Below, in pieces: positions 18,741 to 29,432 of a stretch of 64,000 nucleotides of DNA (position 1 is its first letter; each line of letters starts with the position of its first letter). The notes under the pieces were generated by a model. It was not told where the DNA came from. It did not search any database and worked only from the letters and a program-made list of their open reading frames with translations. Position numbers and translations under genes: made by a program. The stretch lies in IMG/VR virus record IMGVR_UViG_2513237213_000006, positions 1 to 64,000 of that record; one strand, given 5' to 3'. The stretch comes from a virus. Taxonomy: Duplodnaviria; Caudoviricetes.

Positions 18741-19321
18741 GGAAGGACTACCAAAAGCACCTCCTGAACAAAATGCGGAAGATCCTCCGTAAATACTGCA
18801 GGTTGGCTTGTGATGAAGTCCGGCAACAGTGGGGAGCATTGGACACGATTGATGGTGAAGCAGCCATCGAACAAAAAGAACTGGAGATAACGCAAGATAC
18901 GGTGGCTAGAGCCTTGTGCGCTTATGGGCAGAAAGCATGGATAGCCGAGTTTGGTAAGGGTTCGCTGATGGACAAGTCCACAGAGGAAAATCCTTTCCTG
19001 CAAGATTACCTGCGCAACAATCCTGATGTGAACTGGGACAGAATGGCCCACAATATGGCTGTTGTCGGTAGACCGTATGGTTACTATTCCGACATTGACG
19101 GCAATAAGCATTTTTCCCACGGCACATTAAAGGGTGTTCCCATCGAAACATGGTACGGCCAGCCGTTGTTTACTCCGATTCGGGGAAAGCACATTATCAG
19201 CAATATCCTCGAAAAAAGCGGCCTGATTGATGAAATGAACGAAGAAATACAGACCGCAGTCATGGATATTTTGTATGAGCTAGTGGGCAGGTTCCCAAAG
19301 GAGATAAAAATTGTTAAGTAG
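18737..19321 (+). CDS. Probable tail-completion protein (HK97 gp10-like)
   Basis: Position; AWIAEFGKG motif. Confidence 0.55.
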   Translation: MRKDYQKHLLNKMRKILRKYCRLACDEVRQQWGALDTIDGEAAIEQKELEITQDTVARALCAYGQKAWIAEFGKGSLMDKSTEENPFLQDYLRNNPDVNWDRMAHNMAVVGRPYGYYSDIDGNKHFSHGTLKGVPIETWYGQPLFTPIRGKHIISNILEKSGLIDEMNEEIQTAVMDILYELVGRFPKEIKIVK

Positions 19322-19712
19322 GCGAGAGTTATTTGGCAAGATATATCAGGAACTATGGAAGGACGCAGATCTTGCGAAGTTGCTGGGCAACCCTAAAACC
19401 CCCCAGGAACGCAGTGAGCGCATCCGAATGGGTATCACCCCGCTTTCCTATGCTACTGCAGATAAAGTAAATTTTATCAGTATGTATTTGTCCTCTACGA
19501 CAGAGACTGAAAATATTTATGCAGTCAGGGCTTTCCTGAATGTTGACTACTACGGCAAAAGCTACTCCGATTTGTTACAAATGAGTGAAATCGTGGGGAG
19601 AGTTATGGAGCGGCTGGGTATTCTATGTGATAGTTCCTATGATGTGGCTTCAAACACCAAGGGTGTATACATTTATACCCAAAAATATAGACCTATTATA
19701 TGGTCGCAATAA
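19311..19712 (+). CDS. Probable tail terminator protein
   Basis: 133 aa directly before the major tail gene. Confidence 0.55.
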   Translation: MLSRRELFGKIYQELWKDADLAKLLGNPKTPQERSERIRMGITPLSYATADKVNFISMYLSSTTETENIYAVRAFLNVDYYGKSYSDLLQMSEIVGRVMERLGILCDSSYDVASNTKGVYIYTQKYRPIIWSQ

Positions 19713-19741
19713 CCCGATGGGGTATCAATATGAAATAGACA

Positions 19742-19765
19742 GCTCTCTAACGAGAGCGTTTTTTT
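19742..19765 (+). terminator. Intrinsic terminator upstream of the major tail gene
   Basis: GCTCTC-TAAC-GAGAGC plus T7. Confidence 0.65.
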
Positions 19766-19795
19766 ATTATCAATTTTTTCAAAGGAGAAAAATAA

Positions 19796-20575
19796 ATGGC
19801 AGAAGTAAAACTCAATCGTAATTTCTTTGTCGAAGGTACTGGCAAGGCAGTAGTCGGCGGCAAGAACGGCAAGGTCGGTTATATCCACCTGCAAAACGCA
19901 ACTTTCGAGTTCAGCTCCAAGATGGAAAATATCGAAGGCGGCGAATCCAATGCAAGCCTGTTCTCTTATCAGACCGAAAAGGACGGTAAGGTCACGTTCC
20001 AAAACGCTTCCATGGATGCGCAGACCGTGGCTCTTACGCAGGGCGTGACGGCTTCCAAAAAGGCTGTTGTGTTCGCAATGGAGGAAAAAGTTAAGGTTGA
20101 CACCGATGGTACGGCTACGCTGGCTCACGCTGCTACTGCTGACCTTGAAACGCTGGTTCTCTCCACGGACGAGGGCGAGTATGTTCCGTATAAGGATGGC
20201 AAAGTTGACGCTAAGTATGCCAATCAGACGCTGGTTGCTACTTATGCGTACAGTGTAAATCAGAACGCAGTGGGCGTTGACGTTAAGACGACCTCTGTAC
20301 CGGGCTATGTGACGATTTTCTTCCGTTCTAAGCCTGTAAAGCAGAAGGACGGCCGCATCCTCCGCCAGTTCTTGACGATTTACAAGGCACGTTCTGACGG
20401 TTCCCTGAAGGTTGACTTCAAGCACAAGAACGCCTTTGCTCCCGAGCTGACCTTCAACATCGTTGATCCGGAACGCACTGACGAGAAGTTCTGGGCATAT
20501 TCCTGGCAGGATGTGACCGAGGAAGAGGCTGGCAACCCGGACGTGGTTGTGCCGACTGAATCTGCTGGCGAATAA
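19796..20575 (+). CDS. Major tail (tube) protein
   Basis: 259 aa, strong RBS, biased codon use, precedes chaperone and tape measure. Confidence 0.8.
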   Translation: MAEVKLNRNFFVEGTGKAVVGGKNGKVGYIHLQNATFEFSSKMENIEGGESNASLFSYQTEKDGKVTFQNASMDAQTVALTQGVTASKKAVVFAMEEKVKVDTDGTATLAHAATADLETLVLSTDEGEYVPYKDGKVDAKYANQTLVATYAYSVNQNAVGVDVKTTSVPGYVTIFFRSKPVKQKDGRILRQFLTIYKARSDGSLKVDFKHKNAFAPELTFNIVDPERTDEKFWAYSWQDVTEEEAGNPDVVVPTESAGE

Positions 20576-20595
20576 GCCACTGAGTAAAAAGAAAA

Positions 20596-20636
20596 GGGGT
20601 GTCCAATCTTTTATGGTTGGATGCCCCGTCTTTTTT
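20596..20636 (+). terminator. Intrinsic terminator after the major tail gene
   Basis: GGGGTGTCCAATC / GGTTGGATGCCCC stem plus T6. Confidence 0.75.
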
Positions 20637-20664
20637 GGTGTACGAACAGAAAGGAGTTTAACTT

Positions 20665-21030
20665 ATGACTGATAATTTTATTAAATGCCGCGATGGCAAA
20701 GACCGTGAAATTTTTCCGGCACTGATTAAAGACCGCAAGCGCATCCAACACTTTATTGTAAAGTTCCGTACCGATATGGCTATTCTTAATCTGCTGTCCC
20801 CTGACCTCGCAAAAGTGGCAGAGATTGGAGATTTTGAAGCAGCTTCGGCTTTCTCCGATGAGCCATATGACGCAATGATGGAAATGCTGGTAATGGCGTT
20901 TGGCAATAAATACACCGCAGAGCAGCTGGAGGAATTTGTCGATGTGGCAATGGTTCCCAAAATCTTTGATGTATTCTTTGCTATCAGCGGCTACAAAGAT
21001 ACAAAAAAAAAGACCAGCAAGAGCAAGTAA
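20665..21030 (+). CDS. Tail assembly chaperone (gpG-like)
   Basis: 121 aa between major tail and tape measure genes. Confidence 0.8.
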   Translation: MTDNFIKCRDGKDREIFPALIKDRKRIQHFIVKFRTDMAILNLLSPDLAKVAEIGDFEAASAFSDEPYDAMMEMLVMAFGNKYTAEQLEEFVDVAMVPKIFDVFFAISGYKDTKKKTSKSK

Positions 21031-21242
21031 GCTGGGACGAGCTGGTCGCAAGTATCGTAAAAAACACCAGTATGACTGTAAAAGATATAGGCGAAATGAG
21101 CTACCCTGAACTTGAGGGGCTTATGGACGGCATGGCCACCAACGCTAAAAAGGAAGAAGCCTACCTGAAGGGCGAGGAAGAAATCACTGAGAATGGTGAC
21201 GCTAATGACTTCATGCAGTTTATGATGAACGGCGGGATGTAA
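20665..21242 (+). CDS. Tail assembly chaperone gpGT-like fusion via -1 frameshift at A AAA AAG (21006-21012)
   Basis: The -1 frame stays open for 77 codons: KDQQEQVSWDELVASIVKNTS...MQFMMNGGM, stop 21240-21242. Confidence 0.8.
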
Positions 21243-21881
21243 TCAGCCCCATTTTTGGGAGTGTTTGTATATTTCTTGTTTTATCTCGTATTCGTGTTTG
21301 GGTTCAAAAAAAGCGAGTTTTCCCGTTTCGTGGTCTTTAATCGAGTTGTAATATCCAAAGGCAACTGTTTTTATTGCGAGCAGTATCAAAGCTATGAGAG
21401 AGTAGTCTATGATGTCCAGTAAGGCTCGCTGAGCCTCTATGAATGTCTCGCATCTTGCTTGTTGGTCAGCTATTTGCGCCCACATTATAGATTGCTCACG
21501 CGGCGGGACATTAACTGCCCAGCTGGTTGCCGAATTGGGGTCTAGGCAGTTTGTCACAAAAAGGTATGCCGCGAAAGACGTGAACGGCAGAAGTAACACA
21601 AGGCTCATTGTCATCGCCTTTGCCAGTTCTTTCCAATCGACTTTATATTTCAATTTATTTTTAATCAATAAAAGCCAAAAAGCAACAATGGGAGCCGTAA
21701 CAAGCGCTAGTGATAGGTGTTTTAGGTTTGCAACTCTTAACAAAACGTGCTGAGTCCCAGTTGCTAGCGTCCCTAACCCTAGACCTGCCCAAACTGCAGG
21801 AATACTAAAACACACTGTTATCCCTATGCAGGAAAAGACAAAGATTGTAGCACCCAAACTCATGGGAAACAGAAAAAACAT
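21243..21881 (-). CDS. Multi-pass membrane protein, moron-like, antisense to the tail operon
   Basis: 4-5 hydrophobic segments; own TGG-TATAAT extended -10 at 21912-21920; GGGAG RBS. Confidence 0.75.
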   Translation of the reverse strand: MFFLFPMSLGATIFVFSCIGITVCFSIPAVWAGLGLGTLATGTQHVLLRVANLKHLSLALVTAPIVAFWLLLIKNKLKYKVDWKELAKAMTMSLVLLLPFTSFAAYLFVTNCLDPNSATSWAVNVPPREQSIMWAQIADQQARCETFIEAQRALLDIIDYSLIALILLAIKTVAFGYYNSIKDHETGKLAFFEPKHEYEIKQEIYKHSQKWG

Positions 21882-21959
21882 ATCAATCAACTCCCTAAAT
21901 TTTCTGTCTATATTATACCATACTGCCTTTTAATAACTCTACAATACAGGAGGTAAAAT

Positions 21960-24900
21960 TTGGATAAAAACCAAGAACTACGGACAAATCTCGTGCTTGA
22001 GGCCAACTCTGCATTAACCGCAATCAGAGAGCTTTCCGATGGGCTGGACAAAATCAGCAAATTGAAGTTTGATAACGTAAAAAGCGGTTTCGATTCGCTG
22101 ACCAAGGCTTTTCAGGCGGCTCAGAAAATGTCCTCTAAGGTGGCTAAGACTCAGGTAAAAGAGGAAGAAGAACTGCAGAACTTAATGCAAAAGCGAAAGA
22201 AAATTATCGCTGACATGATGAACCAGTTTTCAAAAGAAAAGACTGGCTTATCTGTAAAGGTCGATATGTCTGCCGCTCAAAAGGAACTGCAGAAAACCAC
22301 CCGCATGGTTGCCGATATGTACGATGCACTGGGGCAAACGGGAAAAGCTAAAACCCTGATGGGCGAGGCTCTTAATGTTCTCGCGAAACTCAGTAATGGG
22401 GGAGCGAAAGGGATAGGTCTAGAGTCTGCAAAAAGAGAATACAAGGACTTTGAGCGACAACTCCAAGAAAACAAGGCCATGAGGGCTGAACTCGATCGAC
22501 AGGTAGCCAACGGCATAGCCGAACAACACCGCCAAGAAGCTGTGAAAAAAGGGAAAGACCCGTATTCCGACCCGGTTTATGCAAATTCTGAGGCTGGCAA
22601 AAAGGCAAAAAAAATAAAAGACCAGCAAGAGGCCGAGGCCAAGGCCAAGGCGGAGCAGCAGAAAAAAGATACTGAAGCTCTGCAGAAATACCTCGAACAA
22701 AAAGAAAAGGCGTATGCAAGAGAGCTGGAAGCAGAAGCTGCGCTGGCTCGAAAACGCAAAGAAAATGAAAACCAACGGATTGAGGCCACCAAAAAACGCC
22801 AAGAGCTAAACAAGGATGAGTGGGCTGCTGTCCAAAAGGCTCTCGGGGAAAAGGAACGTGACCCACACCGTAACGACCTCTACAAAACCACTGGCACATA
22901 TTATCCCGAAATGAATCGCAGGGAACGGTTATCGGCTACTCCGTCCGAAGCGGATGAGTTAGCTAAAATGCGAGCGGAGGACATCAATAATCGTCGTTTG
23001 GCCAGAGAATCGGCTGAGAAAAAACGTCAGGCACAAGCCGAGGAAAAGGCTGAGCTTGACAGAATGAAAGCCCAAGAGATTAACAACAATCGACTGGCTC
23101 GGGAGCGACTGGAACGAGAGCAACAACTTACCAATGCTAGGTTAGATAATGAGAAACGTGTTCAAGCTGAAATAAAGCAAAATGAAGACCGCATCAAAAA
23201 GAACCGCGCAGATGCTCAAAGCGGTTTTACGAAATATTTTAACCTTCAGGATAAGCTGGGTAAATTTACGAGAGATATAAACTTCCTTAGCGGGAAAGAA
23301 GTTTCCGAAACGAAAATGCACCAACTCCTCGAGGAAATGGAAAAAATTAGGCGCAAGGCGCTTGATATTGGTGCCACGGATATTGCCAGCAAGCTGACCA
23401 AAAACATGCTGAGTGGCGTTAAGGTAGTTACTGAGGCCGAAAAAGAGGCAGCTAGAGAGAAAAAGAAAGCTGACAATGAAGCTCAGAAACGCCTTAAAGA
23501 GCAAGCAAAACTCATAGAAGATATTGCAAAGCTCTGGAAGGACATTGAAAAATACCGAGGCGCAGATGGCCAGAGTTTGTCTAAAAAGGGCTATGACAAT
23601 ATGCTGGGCAGAATTAGCAACCTGCGTGACAGGGCAGTGGAGCAAGGTTTACATGGCGATGCAACATTACTGAACCCTTCCCTGCTGAACGGCGTAAACA
23701 CAAAGCTGGGGCAGTTTAATAATCGCCTGTCCGAAGCGAAAGACAAAGCGCAACAGCTCTATATGAGGTTTCGAGAAACTGGCAAAGAGGCCGACAAATT
23801 GAACTTCTTGAAAGCCAAGGCAGACCTCAAAGAAATGAACAACCTCGCTGAGGATTTTGATCGAGCCATCAGCAAGGCTAGACGGCATGAGCTGACGCTG
23901 GGGAATATTGCTAAAAGGGCGCGAGAGTCTGCTAACTGGCAAATCGGTGGCCGAATCGAAAACACCGTCGTTGATTTTCCGAGCGAAGTTATCTCGTCTG
24001 TTAGTAAATATGAGCTGGCTATGGCTGGTATTGCACAGGTGTTGCCAAAAGTTGAAGAAGGGCAGTCTGCTGCTAACGCTCAATTCGGTAAATTTGCAGA
24101 TATTGCCGCTCGTTATGGGCAGTCTCTCGATAGTGCTCTCGAATCGGCAAAATCAATAGGTAGAATGTATGGTCAGGCCGACGGAAACCACAACAAAGGA
24201 GCAGAGAATACCTCTCTTTTGACCGCACAAGCAATGAAAATGGCAACGGTCGACAACTTTGACCCCATTGAAGCTACTCGCGGTCTCGAGTCTGCGTTAT
24301 CACAGTTTAACTTACAGACCGAGGACACTAACCTTTTGATGGAACGCTCGGGAAAAATCCTTGACGTTTGGACAAAGCTGGCACACAATTCGGGTGCTTC
24401 TGCTCAGGATTTGGTTCAAGGTGTAAACCAAGCAGGCGCGGCTGCTCATCAGTGTGGTGTGTCTTTCGAGACACTGAACTCGCTCGTGGCTGTGGGTATT
24501 CGCTCCACTGGCAAGACAGGCAACGAGATAGGCACGACTCTAAAAAGTATGTTCTCTTCTATCCTTTCCGATAAGAACATCAAAAGCATGGAGCAGTTTG
24601 GCGTTAGAGTGTACGACATTGGAGAAAACGGTAGCAGAAAACTTCGAGATATGAAGGATATTATTCTGGATATTTCTCGCGTTCTAAGTACTGGCGGCAA
24701 AGACGCCAAAGAACTCCGTGACTTTATGATGCCTATTGCTGGTGGTAAACAGCAGTATTCAAAAATCGATGCTATTCTTGCGAACTACAAAGAGTTACAG
24801 CGTACCATGGGAGAAGCTAGTGACTCTGCAGGTTTTACGGATAAGCAGTTGGAACTTCAGCTCAATACAATTTCTCGTAAGTGGGAAACCCTAAAAACTA

Positions 24901-27900
24901 ATGTCTCTCACTGGTTTGCTAATAGCGGCGCGGATGGGTTGGCCAACGATCTGAAGTGGATTCTCGATACGCTAAATAGAATTGTAAATGCCGTTATGGA
25001 CGCAGATACTCATTTTTATCAATGGGCAAAGTTGGGAGTTCAAATTGTTATCGCGTGGAAAGCTATCCCTGCTCTTATAAACATGGCGGCTCGTGCGGCT
25101 GGACGCTTTGCAGCTGCTAGTACGTTTAAGGGTGGAGCCTCTGCTGGAGTTGCTTCGTTAGGCAGTGGGTTAGCAACACAATTTAGCGCAGCAAAGTATG
25201 GCGAGATGAGAAAGCAATTACAAGCGGGAAATGTCCAAATTGCTAAGGCCAATAGCCTTATGACAATATGGAACGGCTTGATGACCAAAGGTGCTAGGGC
25301 ATCTTCGGTTGCCGCTTTTGGGGTAAAATTGTTTTCCGGCGCGATAGGTACTCTTCGGGGAATAGTTGCCGCGTTAGGCGGCCCTATGGGGCTGGCGATT
25401 ACGGCTGCGATGTTACTAAGTGAACAGTTCATAGCAAGTGCTAACGATGCGGAGGTTTTAAAAGAGAAGCAGGAAGATATAATTCAAAAATCTGAAGAAG
25501 TGGCTACCACCACCGCTCTAGAGCTGGAGAAGCACGATGAAGCCGCAAAAAAAGCGCAAGAGCTCGCAGACCAATACAATATGCTGGTTGATTCTTTGAA
25601 CGCTTTAAAAGCCGCTGATGACGGTTCTGCTGAGTCTGCACAACGGCAAGCAGACGTTCGTAAACAAATGGGGGCGATTAGTGACGAGGTTCAACAAATA
25701 CTCCATGCCAACGCTATTGAGTTCGACAAAGACGGAAAAATAAACAAAGACACCATTGAGAGCCTAGCTGAAGCCGATAAGGCTAAAACGATAGAGAAAA
25801 TAGATAATGCTCAGTCTGAAATAACAGCAGAAAAAGACCGCCTTGATGCTAAAATCGAATCAGCAAAGATCATCTTGGAGGCTCAAAAGGCTGAAATCAA
25901 CAGTACCTATGCCGTTGCGACTGCATATAAAGCTCTGTACGCCACCGTTACTGCCCTTGAAGGGTTGATGGCTGGTTTTGATTTCGGGATGCAAGGAGCT
26001 CTGGAGTCTACCATGATTGGTGGAGCTTCTCGTTTTGTTTTCGGTGATGCTAAAACAGATGAATGGATTGCGTCTTTTAAAAGCTCCGCTCAATCTCATG
26101 CTCAAAACTTTGCTAATAGGTTGGATTTTTTAAGCTCTGGCAAAAATATTCTTGCTCTGCAAAATGTAATTGAACAACAGAAAATTATAGACAGTCTCCA
26201 ACCTCAAGTTGACCGTTTAAGTGACAGGTGGAATAGTCTTGAGGCCGTAAAGCGTGGAGTCGGATATGACCAAGATAAACATGAGTATTATGAGAAAAGG
26301 GAAGATATAGACACTTCCGGCAGAATCCCCGGTGGAGGCAAAGAGCATCCTCTGTCAGAAGCAGAGAAGAAGGCTGCTGCCAAAGAAGCCGCTAAGGCCA
26401 AACGCGAGGCTGCAAAAGCTGCTAGAGAACAGGCTAAACTTGAACGACAGAAAGAGATTGTCTCTTTCCGTAATGACGAGCCTATGGACTATGTAAATAC
26501 TGTGTCTAAAGAAACTGGCGCTCTTACTATCGGTCAGTTACTGTCGTTTGCGGCGGCTCTTAATGGTCATAACGACCCGTGGAAGGTTCATGCGGACTAT
26601 TTCTCCGATAAGAATATTTTCAAGGTTCCCGAGGCACTGACAAACCAATATGCCGATGGAAAGACCGATGAGGAGTCTCGTTTTTGGGCGTTCTCTAAAT
26701 GGTTACAGAATAACCAGGCGCGATTTGGCGGATATGAAGGGGCACTTGAGGCTTATTACAAAACTATCCATCCGCAAACCAGTGATGAGGAACTGAAGCG
26801 TAAGGCAGAGGCGTGGATGAACGAGGGCGAGTATTTCGACTCCAAACACGATTACAACAAAAACAAATCTGTGCTGACTCATCATAGTGCCTATGGTACT
26901 GGCTATGCAAGCGGGGACGTTATTACTGGCTCCCAGTATGACGATTATATTAACCGCATGGCCGAGCGGTATGGTGTCGATAAGGTGCTGGCTCATCAAA
27001 TCGCAGAACGAGAATCAACGCATGGTCAATATTCCAGTAATGTAATGCAGGTTGAATCCGCGACAGGTAGAGAAATGGGCTTCTCCGATATGAGTGACCC
27101 TTTCCAGTCTATCGAGGCCGGACTCAAATATTTTGCGAAGATGTTAAACGACAACAACGGCAACATCGAAGCGGCGCTTAGGGCGTACAATGGCGGCGGA
27201 GACCCGAACTATGTTGAAAATGTTTTGAAGCACAAATATACTCCTGTAGGTGTAACAGGCAATAGTTCTATTTGGGATAAGGCGGCAGAACATCTTAGCG
27301 ACCAAGGACTTTTGGACTACGGAGCCGGGGCAGAAAACCTCGGTCTGCAATGCGCTGCCTTTGTTTCCAAGGTGCTTGTAGAGGCCGGGGTAAAAGGACT
27401 TAACTCTATCAATGTAGACGAATTGGCCAGACAGGCTGATGCGCAGGGGCTTTATCATTCGGCAGACAGTGGCTACCAACCACAAAAGGGCGATATTTAC
27501 ATTTGGGGACATCACACTGGATTTGCTGATGGACAAGGTAACTATATAGCCCGTAACTCCACTGAGGGGGTTCACTTCGGGAATGAGCTTGACTACCGGG
27601 CAAATTTTGGCGGTCTTAGGGGATATATCTCCACTGGCTCTGCACTTGGTGGCAGCAGCAAGCAAGCGGCTTTCCAATGGAAAAATAGCGAGTCGGATGG
27701 ACAGCCTACTTTATTGAATTGGAGACCAAACCAGCAAAATGTTGTACAGAATTGGTATGAACGCCAGCAAGACCTGTTTAAACTTCAAGAACAAGAAGTA
27801 AAAATGCTAGAAGATGCTGGTCAAATGGCCGAGTCAATCAAAGAGCAGTCTCAAACGGCTAGAGACAAAGCTAATACGCAGGCTACTTATCTTGCGATTA

Positions 27901-29432
27901 CAAAGCGGAATGTGCTAGAAGCCTATAAACTGTTCATTAAGAAAATGTCTGAGGACAGTGATGTACAGGCTGCGTTGAAGCGGAATGGCACGACCATTAC
28001 CAATATTTCTCCTTCCGATATGGATGACCTTATCCAGCGCATGAAAAATGCCAAAAAGAACACCGAGGAGCTGGAGCGATTGTGGAAGGTTGTCAAAGAG
28101 TTTAAGTTCGACTCTAACGGCAACAGTACAAAGCTACAAGAAATTGACCTCAACGAAAAGCAACAGCGAATCGAAGCGGCAAAAGCATCCGGGTATATGA
28201 CACCCCAAGAGGAAGAAGATTATGCTCTGAACTCGTTGGACTTGTGGTATCAGCAAGAATCCAGCGGCAAAATATTCCAAGACCCTCGCATGGAAGAGGA
28301 ATATCACAGACAAAGAGCCACTGTTTATCAGACACGGCTGGAACGTCTGCAGGTAGAAGCTGAAAAGGCTGACGAGGATGCCCCAGCTGTCAAGGAGGAA
28401 TTACGTCAAAAGGTATTAGCTGCCAAGAACAATGTTGACAGTAAAGAAGCCGCTCTCCATAACGCCAGTACGCCAGAGGAAATCGCAAAGGCCAAAAAGG
28501 AACTTGACGAAGCGCAAAATGCACTTGACCTGCAGAGCGAAACGTGGCGAAATGTTGAGCAACACGGCACCGATGCGCAGCGCAAAATTGCGCAGGAAAC
28601 GTCAAAGACAATAGCCAACCTAAACAAAGAAACTAAGGCCGCCGACAAAGTGGGTACGGAGATAAAGCAGAAAATTGGTAATGGTATAAAAACCATGTTC
28701 TCCGATGTGCTTATCGAGGGTAATAACTTCAAGGACGCATGGAAAAACCTTTGGACAGATATAGGCAAGTTTGCACTTGACCGTCTGTTGGAAATCCAAA
28801 TGTCGAAATGGTTCACCCCAATCGGCAAAGCCACAGGTGGCTCTGTTAAGGCTGGTGCCACTGGTGGCATGGTTACTAATCTCTCCGGCATTGCTCGTTT
28901 TGCCAACGGTGGTTATACTTATACAAATGGCCTGATCCAAGGGGCAGGGACAGGGACTTCCGACAGTATCCTGACATACCTTGCGCACAGAGGACAGTTC
29001 ATCGCTACCTCCAACGGCGAATACATCATCAAAAAATCCTCGGTAGACAAGCTGGGTGTTGGTTTCCTCGACACGTTGAACAATAACCCTGAAGCAATCG
29101 GGGCATTGAACGGCCTTAAACGATACGCCAACGGCGGCAACCTCGGGGAGTCTTATGCGCCTTCTATGAGTCTGAAAGGAATCAACGGCTATAAGACCTT
29201 CAACAAGTCCAATATGGAAAAGCAAATGAGTTTCTCTACCCGAAAAATGGAAACGCTTCTGCAGGGACTCCGGCAAGACGTACAGGATGGCAACAAGTCT
29301 GATGGTTCGGTCGCACAGCCGATTATCCTGAACACGCAAGCTGACAGCGCATCCGTGATGAAAGCTATTGCAAAGAACCCGAGAGCATTACAGGCCATCT
29401 TGGGGAATAACCAGCGAAGGGGGTTTAGATAA
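21960..29432 (+). CDS. Tape measure protein with lytic transglycosylase and NlpC/P60-CHAP-like domains (2490 aa)
   Basis: TP901-type TMP core; SLT motifs IAERES...VMQV...IEAGLKY...ALRAYNGG; LQCAAFVS...GDIYIWGHHTG. Confidence 0.95.
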   Translation: MDKNQELRTNLVLEANSALTAIRELSDGLDKISKLKFDNVKSGFDSLTKAFQAAQKMSSKVAKTQVKEEEELQNLMQKRKKIIADMMNQFSKEKTGLSVKVDMSAAQKELQKTTRMVADMYDALGQTGKAKTLMGEALNVLAKLSNGGAKGIGLESAKREYKDFERQLQENKAMRAELDRQVANGIAEQHRQEAVKKGKDPYSDPVYANSEAGKKAKKIKDQQEAEAKAKAEQQKKDTEALQKYLEQKEKAYARELEAEAALARKRKENENQRIEATKKRQELNKDEWAAVQKALGEKERDPHRNDLYKTTGTYYPEMNRRERLSATPSEADELAKMRAEDINNRRLARESAEKKRQAQAEEKAELDRMKAQEINNNRLARERLEREQQLTNARLDNEKRVQAEIKQNEDRIKKNRADAQSGFTKYFNLQDKLGKFTRDINFLSGKEVSETKMHQLLEEMEKIRRKALDIGATDIASKLTKNMLSGVKVVTEAEKEAAREKKKADNEAQKRLKEQAKLIEDIAKLWKDIEKYRGADGQSLSKKGYDNMLGRISNLRDRAVEQGLHGDATLLNPSLLNGVNTKLGQFNNRLSEAKDKAQQLYMRFRETGKEADKLNFLKAKADLKEMNNLAEDFDRAISKARRHELTLGNIAKRARESANWQIGGRIENTVVDFPSEVISSVSKYELAMAGIAQVLPKVEEGQSAANAQFGKFADIAARYGQSLDSALESAKSIGRMYGQADGNHNKGAENTSLLTAQAMKMATVDNFDPIEATRGLESALSQFNLQTEDTNLLMERSGKILDVWTKLAHNSGASAQDLVQGVNQAGAAAHQCGVSFETLNSLVAVGIRSTGKTGNEIGTTLKSMFSSILSDKNIKSMEQFGVRVYDIGENGSRKLRDMKDIILDISRVLSTGGKDAKELRDFMMPIAGGKQQYSKIDAILANYKELQRTMGEASDSAGFTDKQLELQLNTISRKWETLKTNVSHWFANSGADGLANDLKWILDTLNRIVNAVMDADTHFYQWAKLGVQIVIAWKAIPALINMAARAAGRFAAASTFKGGASAGVASLGSGLATQFSAAKYGEMRKQLQAGNVQIAKANSLMTIWNGLMTKGARASSVAAFGVKLFSGAIGTLRGIVAALGGPMGLAITAAMLLSEQFIASANDAEVLKEKQEDIIQKSEEVATTTALELEKHDEAAKKAQELADQYNMLVDSLNALKAADDGSAESAQRQADVRKQMGAISDEVQQILHANAIEFDKDGKINKDTIESLAEADKAKTIEKIDNAQSEITAEKDRLDAKIESAKIILEAQKAEINSTYAVATAYKALYATVTALEGLMAGFDFGMQGALESTMIGGASRFVFGDAKTDEWIASFKSSAQSHAQNFANRLDFLSSGKNILALQNVIEQQKIIDSLQPQVDRLSDRWNSLEAVKRGVGYDQDKHEYYEKREDIDTSGRIPGGGKEHPLSEAEKKAAAKEAAKAKREAAKAAREQAKLERQKEIVSFRNDEPMDYVNTVSKETGALTIGQLLSFAAALNGHNDPWKVHADYFSDKNIFKVPEALTNQYADGKTDEESRFWAFSKWLQNNQARFGGYEGALEAYYKTIHPQTSDEELKRKAEAWMNEGEYFDSKHDYNKNKSVLTHHSAYGTGYASGDVITGSQYDDYINRMAERYGVDKVLAHQIAERESTHGQYSSNVMQVESATGREMGFSDMSDPFQSIEAGLKYFAKMLNDNNGNIEAALRAYNGGGDPNYVENVLKHKYTPVGVTGNSSIWDKAAEHLSDQGLLDYGAGAENLGLQCAAFVSKVLVEAGVKGLNSINVDELARQADAQGLYHSADSGYQPQKGDIYIWGHHTGFADGQGNYIARNSTEGVHFGNELDYRANFGGLRGYISTGSALGGSSKQAAFQWKNSESDGQPTLLNWRPNQQNVVQNWYERQQDLFKLQEQEVKMLEDAGQMAESIKEQSQTARDKANTQATYLAITKRNVLEAYKLFIKKMSEDSDVQAALKRNGTTITNISPSDMDDLIQRMKNAKKNTEELERLWKVVKEFKFDSNGNSTKLQEIDLNEKQQRIEAAKASGYMTPQEEEDYALNSLDLWYQQESSGKIFQDPRMEEEYHRQRATVYQTRLERLQVEAEKADEDAPAVKEELRQKVLAAKNNVDSKEAALHNASTPEEIAKAKKELDEAQNALDLQSETWRNVEQHGTDAQRKIAQETSKTIANLNKETKAADKVGTEIKQKIGNGIKTMFSDVLIEGNNFKDAWKNLWTDIGKFALDRLLEIQMSKWFTPIGKATGGSVKAGATGGMVTNLSGIARFANGGYTYTNGLIQGAGTGTSDSILTYLAHRGQFIATSNGEYIIKKSSVDKLGVGFLDTLNNNPEAIGALNGLKRYANGGNLGESYAPSMSLKGINGYKTFNKSNMEKQMSFSTRKMETLLQGLRQDVQDGNKSDGSVAQPIILNTQADSASVMKAIAKNPRALQAILGNNQRRGFR

